A stretch of DNA of 64,000 nucleotides from Candidatus Latescibacterota bacterium. GTDB lineage: Bacteria > Latescibacterota > UBA2968 > UBA8231. The position numbers were made by a program, and so were the translations under genes. Below, in pieces: positions 59,901-64,000 of the stretch (positions are counted from its first letter, which is position 1; each line of letters begins with the position of its first letter). The notes below the pieces were generated by a model. The model saw nothing but the letters and a program-made list of their open reading frames with translations, was not told the DNA's origin and ran no database searches. The DNA is taken from the NCBI GenBank assembly GCA_963422735.1, contig OY730476.1:1-64000 (forward strand), in the 5' to 3' direction.

Positions 59901-60262
59901 ACGCGGACTTCCCGCTGTCCCTGACCACAGGCCACTGGTCACAGGCCACTGTCCACGGCGTGGACGTATTTCATCCGAACACCGGCGAAATCCGCAGCGA
60001 CAGCGCCGACGGCATCGCCTGCTGGTTCGTCGATACCGACTACAACGAGGAAAGCTTCTTCGTGCGCCACGCCTACTTCCTCGGCGCCAACGATCCGTAC
60101 AAGACGCTCAAGACGACGCTCAAAGCCGAGATCAATCGAGAAGCTTGGGAAACCCTCAAAAGCGACACCTCCCGGCCTTTCGCCAAGCCGCAGTCGGGCC
60201 GCATCGCGGTGAAGGTGATCAATCACTTAGGGGACGAGGTGATGAAGGTGTTTCGGGTGTGA
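56924..60262 (+). CDS. Type III-like N6/N4 DNA methyltransferase (Mod, beta order) with repeat-derived insertions
   Basis: YLDPPYGI (motif IV), variable TRD, LDPTCGSGTT (motif I), C-terminal GRIAVKVINHLGDE. Confidence 0.92.
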   Translation: MAKRKSPKTVATLRHEDAARKNIPTAEYQAVMEEDDRNPIEVAYERRNRDLDPQLVWRGKDEQNESDLVVQAPPLFIQEKVHPQVLIDDLRQRSKETEKEDGESGFQTDLFADFNGLPSADAQTEFYQHDANWSNRMILGDSLQVMASLAEREGLRGKVQCIYLDPPYGIKFNSNFQWSTTSRDVKDGKAEHITREPEQVKAFRDTWRDGIHSYLTYLRDRLTVARDLLTESGSIFVQIGDENVHRVRAVMDEVFGEGNFVGLITFMKATAQTSKLLSTASDYLIWYARLKPQAKYRAPLLKKVIGRAGATGYSNIEASDGTISRRISQEERENPALISTDERVFALDHIRGTRTPNPADLKGYTFQGTTFNSDGRYCWKTDKKGLDNLDKSWPVVKAGNQLSYKRYFHDDCLSRSTNWAIPLVLLRIKSIRRGDETKVIQRCILMTTDPGDLVLDPTCGSGTTAYVAEQWGRRWITIDTSRVALALARARIMGARYPWYLLADSPEGRRKEAEISGQASVTGGQFNDNSPTTGHSHSIRQGFVYQRVPHITLKSIANNAEIDVIWEKYEERLAPLREQLSAHRPQTTDHRPLEEWEIPRERPEDWPPATEPLITAFWKQRIARQKEIDASIAAKADYEYLYDKPYEDNKKVRVAGPFTVESLSPHRLLGVDENDELIIDKAAEDKPDYGEKQDFAEMILDNLKTSGVQQAHKDDKINFSSLVPWPGHLVCAEGRFDSGQWPVVSGQKKNAQATGHRPRATEHRAGIFIGPEFGTVSRPDLVEAVREAADAGFDVLIACAFNYDAHASEFNKLGRVPILKARMNADLHMADDLKNTGKGNLFVIFGEPDITVTSGQWLVASNGRMIANYEHVKELSGLGSLEEINRTGRDGLSNLCQVSAGRKIRHNQPSAEGGGIRGSEYRRGSRASRDQGISPISGDSQRFSSRDGDLSDSGAEAGNGPSRADQPPAIAGGGRWTDAQWAQALAAVQELTHADFPLSLTTGHWSQATVHGVDVFHPNTGEIRSDSADGIACWFVDTDYNEESFFVRHAYFLGANDPYKTLKTTLKAEINREAWETLKSDTSRPFAKPQSGRIAVKVINHLGDEVMKVFRV
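58468..59215. repeat. In-frame heptamer clusters inside mod
   Basis: Hairpin 58483-58496/58516-58529; CCACYGR-like runs 58669-58703 and 58736-58770; inverted runs 59134-59164/59181-59215. Confidence 0.88.
59475..59959. repeat. Inverted heptamer arms bracketing the nested gene
   Basis: Left five units 59475-59509; right five units 59925-59959; perfect 11-bp IR GTGACCAGTGG (59477-59487) / CCACTGGTCAC (59932-59942). Confidence 0.88.
59529..59897 (+). CDS. Four-helix-bundle protein (23S rRNA IVS protein / bAvd-like), nested in mod
   Basis: SYQDLEVWKKS, F..EEKFG.TSQ.RRAAVSV.ANIAEG, EF.QFL.IA.GSL.E.ET, ML.GL; upstream GGAGA; +1 frame relative to mod. Confidence 0.93.
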   Translation: MSTLKSYQDLEVWKKSIELAEMVYRISAKFQPEEKFGITSQVRRAAVSVAANIAEGAERHGTKEFLQFLGIASGSLAETETFLILAQKLGMAPAEQINPLLSQAADVGRMLNGLKRSLRSRN

Positions 60263-60305
60263 GGATCGGATAAAGACGAATCGCCCATCTCTAACTGACT
60301 ACCCC

Positions 60306-60490
60306 ATGAAAAAACAAACCATCCAATACACTTCGCCCATAGTGCGGTTAAATACCTACGAAAATCAGCAACAGATGAATTCGGAAGAGATCTTTGACTA
60401 GTACAACCGGGGCCAACTATCCGACGATTGGGCCAATGACTACCGCCACTATTTGCAACTCCGCGCCGTTCCAACGCATACAATAAGGGC
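60306..60490 (+). pseudogene. TumA-like antitoxin remnant
   Basis: MKKQTIQYTSP..RLNTYENQQQMNSEEIFD*YNRGQLSDD..WANDYRHYL; in-frame stop; family call from recalled motifs. Confidence 0.55.
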
Positions 60491-60573
60491 ACCCACAAGG
60501 GCATCTGTTCCAAGCCAAATAGTTGGAACAAATGACACAAGGGGTGCCCGATAGCGTCGCGTATTAACGCGCC

Positions 60574-62493
60574 CTACTTCTTATCTTCGTCAACGACCTT
60601 AAAGTCGGCGTCCACTACGCCCGAATCCCCGCCTCCTTGCGGCTGACCGGCGGCACCTTCCGGCGCTGGCTCGCCCTGCGCCTGTTGGGCTTGGGCGTCC
60701 TTGTACATTTCCTCCGCCAGCTTGTGCGACGCCTGTTGCATCGCGGCCATGGCCTGAGTGATGGCCTCGTCGTCCGTGCCTTCGAGTGCTTCCTTTAGCG
60801 CAGCGACCGCGTCCTCAACGCCTTTCTTGTCGGCATCGGCTAGCTTGTCGCCGTGTTCGGCGAGCGATTTTTCCGCCGCGTAAATGAGCTGGTCGGCCTC
60901 GTTGCGGCGATCGACGGACTCGCGGCGCTTTTTGTCCTCATCGGCATGGGCCTCGGCGTCCTTCTGCATGGTGTCAATTTCCTCTTGGCTCAGGCCCGAG
61001 GACGACTCAATGCGGATGGATTGCTCCTTGTTGGTGCCCTTGTCCTTGGCCGCGACGTTGAGGATGCCGTTGGCGTCGATGTCGAAGGTCACCTCAATTT
61101 GGGGCATGCCACGTGGAGCTGCGGGGATGCCGTCGAGGTGGAAGCGGCCGAGGGTGCGGTTGTCGTTGGAGAATTCCCGCTCGCCTTGCAGCACGTGGAC
61201 TTCCACCGAGGGCTGGCTGTCCGAGGCCGTGGAAAAGATCTGGCTCTTCTTGGTGGGGATGGTGGTGTTGCGATCGATTAGCCGCGTCATCACCCCGCCC
61301 ATGGTTTCGATCCCGAGCGACAAGGGCGTTACGTCGAGCAGCAGGACGTCGTCGACATCGCCAGCGAGCACGCCGGCTTGGATGGCCGCGCCCAAGGCCA
61401 CGACCTCGTCGGGGTTGACGCCGCGATTCGGCTCTTTGGCGAATAGGGCTTGGATGGTCTCTTGGATTTTCGGGATGCGCGTCGAGCCGCCGACCAAAAT
61501 CACTTGGTCAATGTCGCTAACTTGCAATTCGGCGTCTGCGAGGGCCTGCTGACAGGGGGCCTTGGTGCGCTCGACTAGGTCGTCAACCAAGTGCTCAAAC
61601 TGGGCGCGAGACAGGCTGGTTTGCAAGTGTTTCGGCCCCGTTTGATCGGCGGTGATAAACGGCAGATTGATTTCGGTCGAAGTGGAGGAAGACAGCTCGA
61701 TCTTGGCCTTTTCGGCCGCTTCTTTGAGCCGTTGCAGGGCCATGGGGTCGCGGCGCAGGTCAATGCCCTCCTTCTGTTGGAAGTCCTCGGCGAGCCAGTT
61801 GATGATCTTCTGGTCGAAATCGTCGCCGCCAAGGTGGGTGTCGCCGTTGGTGGATTTGACCTCGAAGACGCCGTCGCCCAGTTCGAGGATGGAAATGTCG
61901 AAGGTGCCGCCGCCGAGGTCGTACACGGCGATCTGCTCGTTGGTGCCGCCCTTGTCCAAGCCGTAAGCCAGCGCCGCGGCGGTCGGCTCGTTGACGATGC
62001 GCAAAACCTCCAGGCCGGCGATGGTGCCCGCGTCCTTGGTGGCTTGGCGTTGGGCGTCGTTGAAGTACGCCGGGACGGTGACGACGGCTTGTTTCACTTC
62101 CTCGCCCAGATAGTCTTCGGCTGTCTGCTTCATCTTTTGCAAGATCATGGCCGAGATTTCCGGCGGCGTGTATTCGTTGCCGTCGATTTTGGCCACGGCT
62201 AAGTCGCGGCTATCGTGGGCCACTTCGTAGGGAACTTCGCTGATTTCGTTGGCGACTTCGCTGTAGCGGCGGCCCATGAAGCGCTTGATCGAATAGATCG
62301 TGTTCTGCGGGTTGGTGACGGCCTGGCGCTTGGCGGTCTGGCCGACGAGGCGCTCGCCGTCTTTGGTGAAACCGACCATGGAGGGCGTGGTGCGGCCCCC
62401 TTCAGAGTTGGCGATTATCTCCGAGTCTTGGCCCTCGATGACGGCGACGCACGAGTTCGTGGTGCCTAAGTCGATGCCGATGGTTTTAGCCAT
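60574..62493 (-). CDS. dnaK: Chaperone DnaK
   Basis: [35 protein letters not shown]. Confidence 0.99.
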   Translation of the reverse strand: MAKTIGIDLGTTNSCVAVIEGQDSEIIANSEGGRTTPSMVGFTKDGERLVGQTAKRQAVTNPQNTIYSIKRFMGRRYSEVANEISEVPYEVAHDSRDLAVAKIDGNEYTPPEISAMILQKMKQTAEDYLGEEVKQAVVTVPAYFNDAQRQATKDAGTIAGLEVLRIVNEPTAAALAYGLDKGGTNEQIAVYDLGGGTFDISILELGDGVFEVKSTNGDTHLGGDDFDQKIINWLAEDFQQKEGIDLRRDPMALQRLKEAAEKAKIELSSSTSTEINLPFITADQTGPKHLQTSLSRAQFEHLVDDLVERTKAPCQQALADAELQVSDIDQVILVGGSTRIPKIQETIQALFAKEPNRGVNPDEVVALGAAIQAGVLAGDVDDVLLLDVTPLSLGIETMGGVMTRLIDRNTTIPTKKSQIFSTASDSQPSVEVHVLQGEREFSNDNRTLGRFHLDGIPAAPRGMPQIEVTFDIDANGILNVAAKDKGTNKEQSIRIESSSGLSQEEIDTMQKDAEAHADEDKKRRESVDRRNEADQLIYAAEKSLAEHGDKLADADKKGVEDAVAALKEALEGTDDEAITQAMAAMQQASHKLAEEMYKDAQAQQAQGEPAPEGAAGQPQGGGDSGVVDADFKVVDEDKK

Positions 62494-62580
62494 TGTTTTT
62501 TCTCCAGGATTTTAGATTGAGGTGGTGTGTTGAGGCGCACATGGCCGGACTGTTTACGGCTGCGACGCCCAAGCGAATAA

Positions 62581-62628
62581 AGCAATATACATGCCGCGAT
62601 CTAATAACTATAATATAACATATTGTTT
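62581..62628 (-). promoter_or_regulatory. Sigma54 (-24/-12) promoter of dnaK with IHF-like site
   Basis: Minus strand CGGCATGTATATTGCT (GG-N10-GC, 62581-62596); TAACATATTGTTT (62616-62628) is one mismatch from the IHF consensus. Confidence 0.6.
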
Positions 62629-62729
62629 TGAAATAAAATACGGCAATAAATGAGCAATTTGCAAATCGGTTTATGGCGACATGGTGGCAGCGATTTGTGT
62701 TATCGTGTCATTGATATGGAAGCGGCACA

Positions 62730-62758
62730 TTGACAGGGTGCTGCCATCCGGCTAGATT
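62730..62758 (+). promoter_or_regulatory. Sigma70 promoter of uvrB
   Basis: TTGACA-17-TAGATT; RBS AAGGAGG follows. Confidence 0.7.
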
Positions 62759-62780
62759 GGCCGCCTAGTAAGGAGGGTTC

Positions 62781-64000
<1,220 letters not shown>

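Noticed and set aside
59475-59959. Intein or group I/II intron in mod
   Set aside because: No Cys/Ser...His-Asn intein termini in the mod frame; no recognisable GUGCG start or domain V

Overview
GC-rich bacterial chromosome segment (diderm: LptE, CtpA, DsbD; taxon not determinable from sequence alone). In order: sialate O-acetylesterase; a cobalamin-dependent methyl-transfer cluster (MtaA/UroD-type methyltransferase, corrinoid protein, RACo activator, MetF-MetV fusion) with a divergent FadR-type regulator; lipA, coaX, envelope and transport genes; rarA; ribB, dsbD, gnd, pgi; addAB; a ~11 kb defence/TA island (tripartite TA, type III-like Res, Schlafen/AlbA_2 ATPase, Mod); dnaK and a partial uvrB. 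Many small accessory genes are eroded pseudogenes. The most striking observation is a complete four-helix-bundle (IVS-protein/bAvd-like) gene nested in the +1 frame inside the still-open Mod methyltransferase ORF. It is bracketed by inverted runs of five 7-nt repeats (CAGTGGY/CCACTGR). The same heptamer family forms further in-frame clusters in mod and arrays/hairpins directly upstream of rarA, pgi and addB. All annotations come from motif recognition by eye; no database searches were run.
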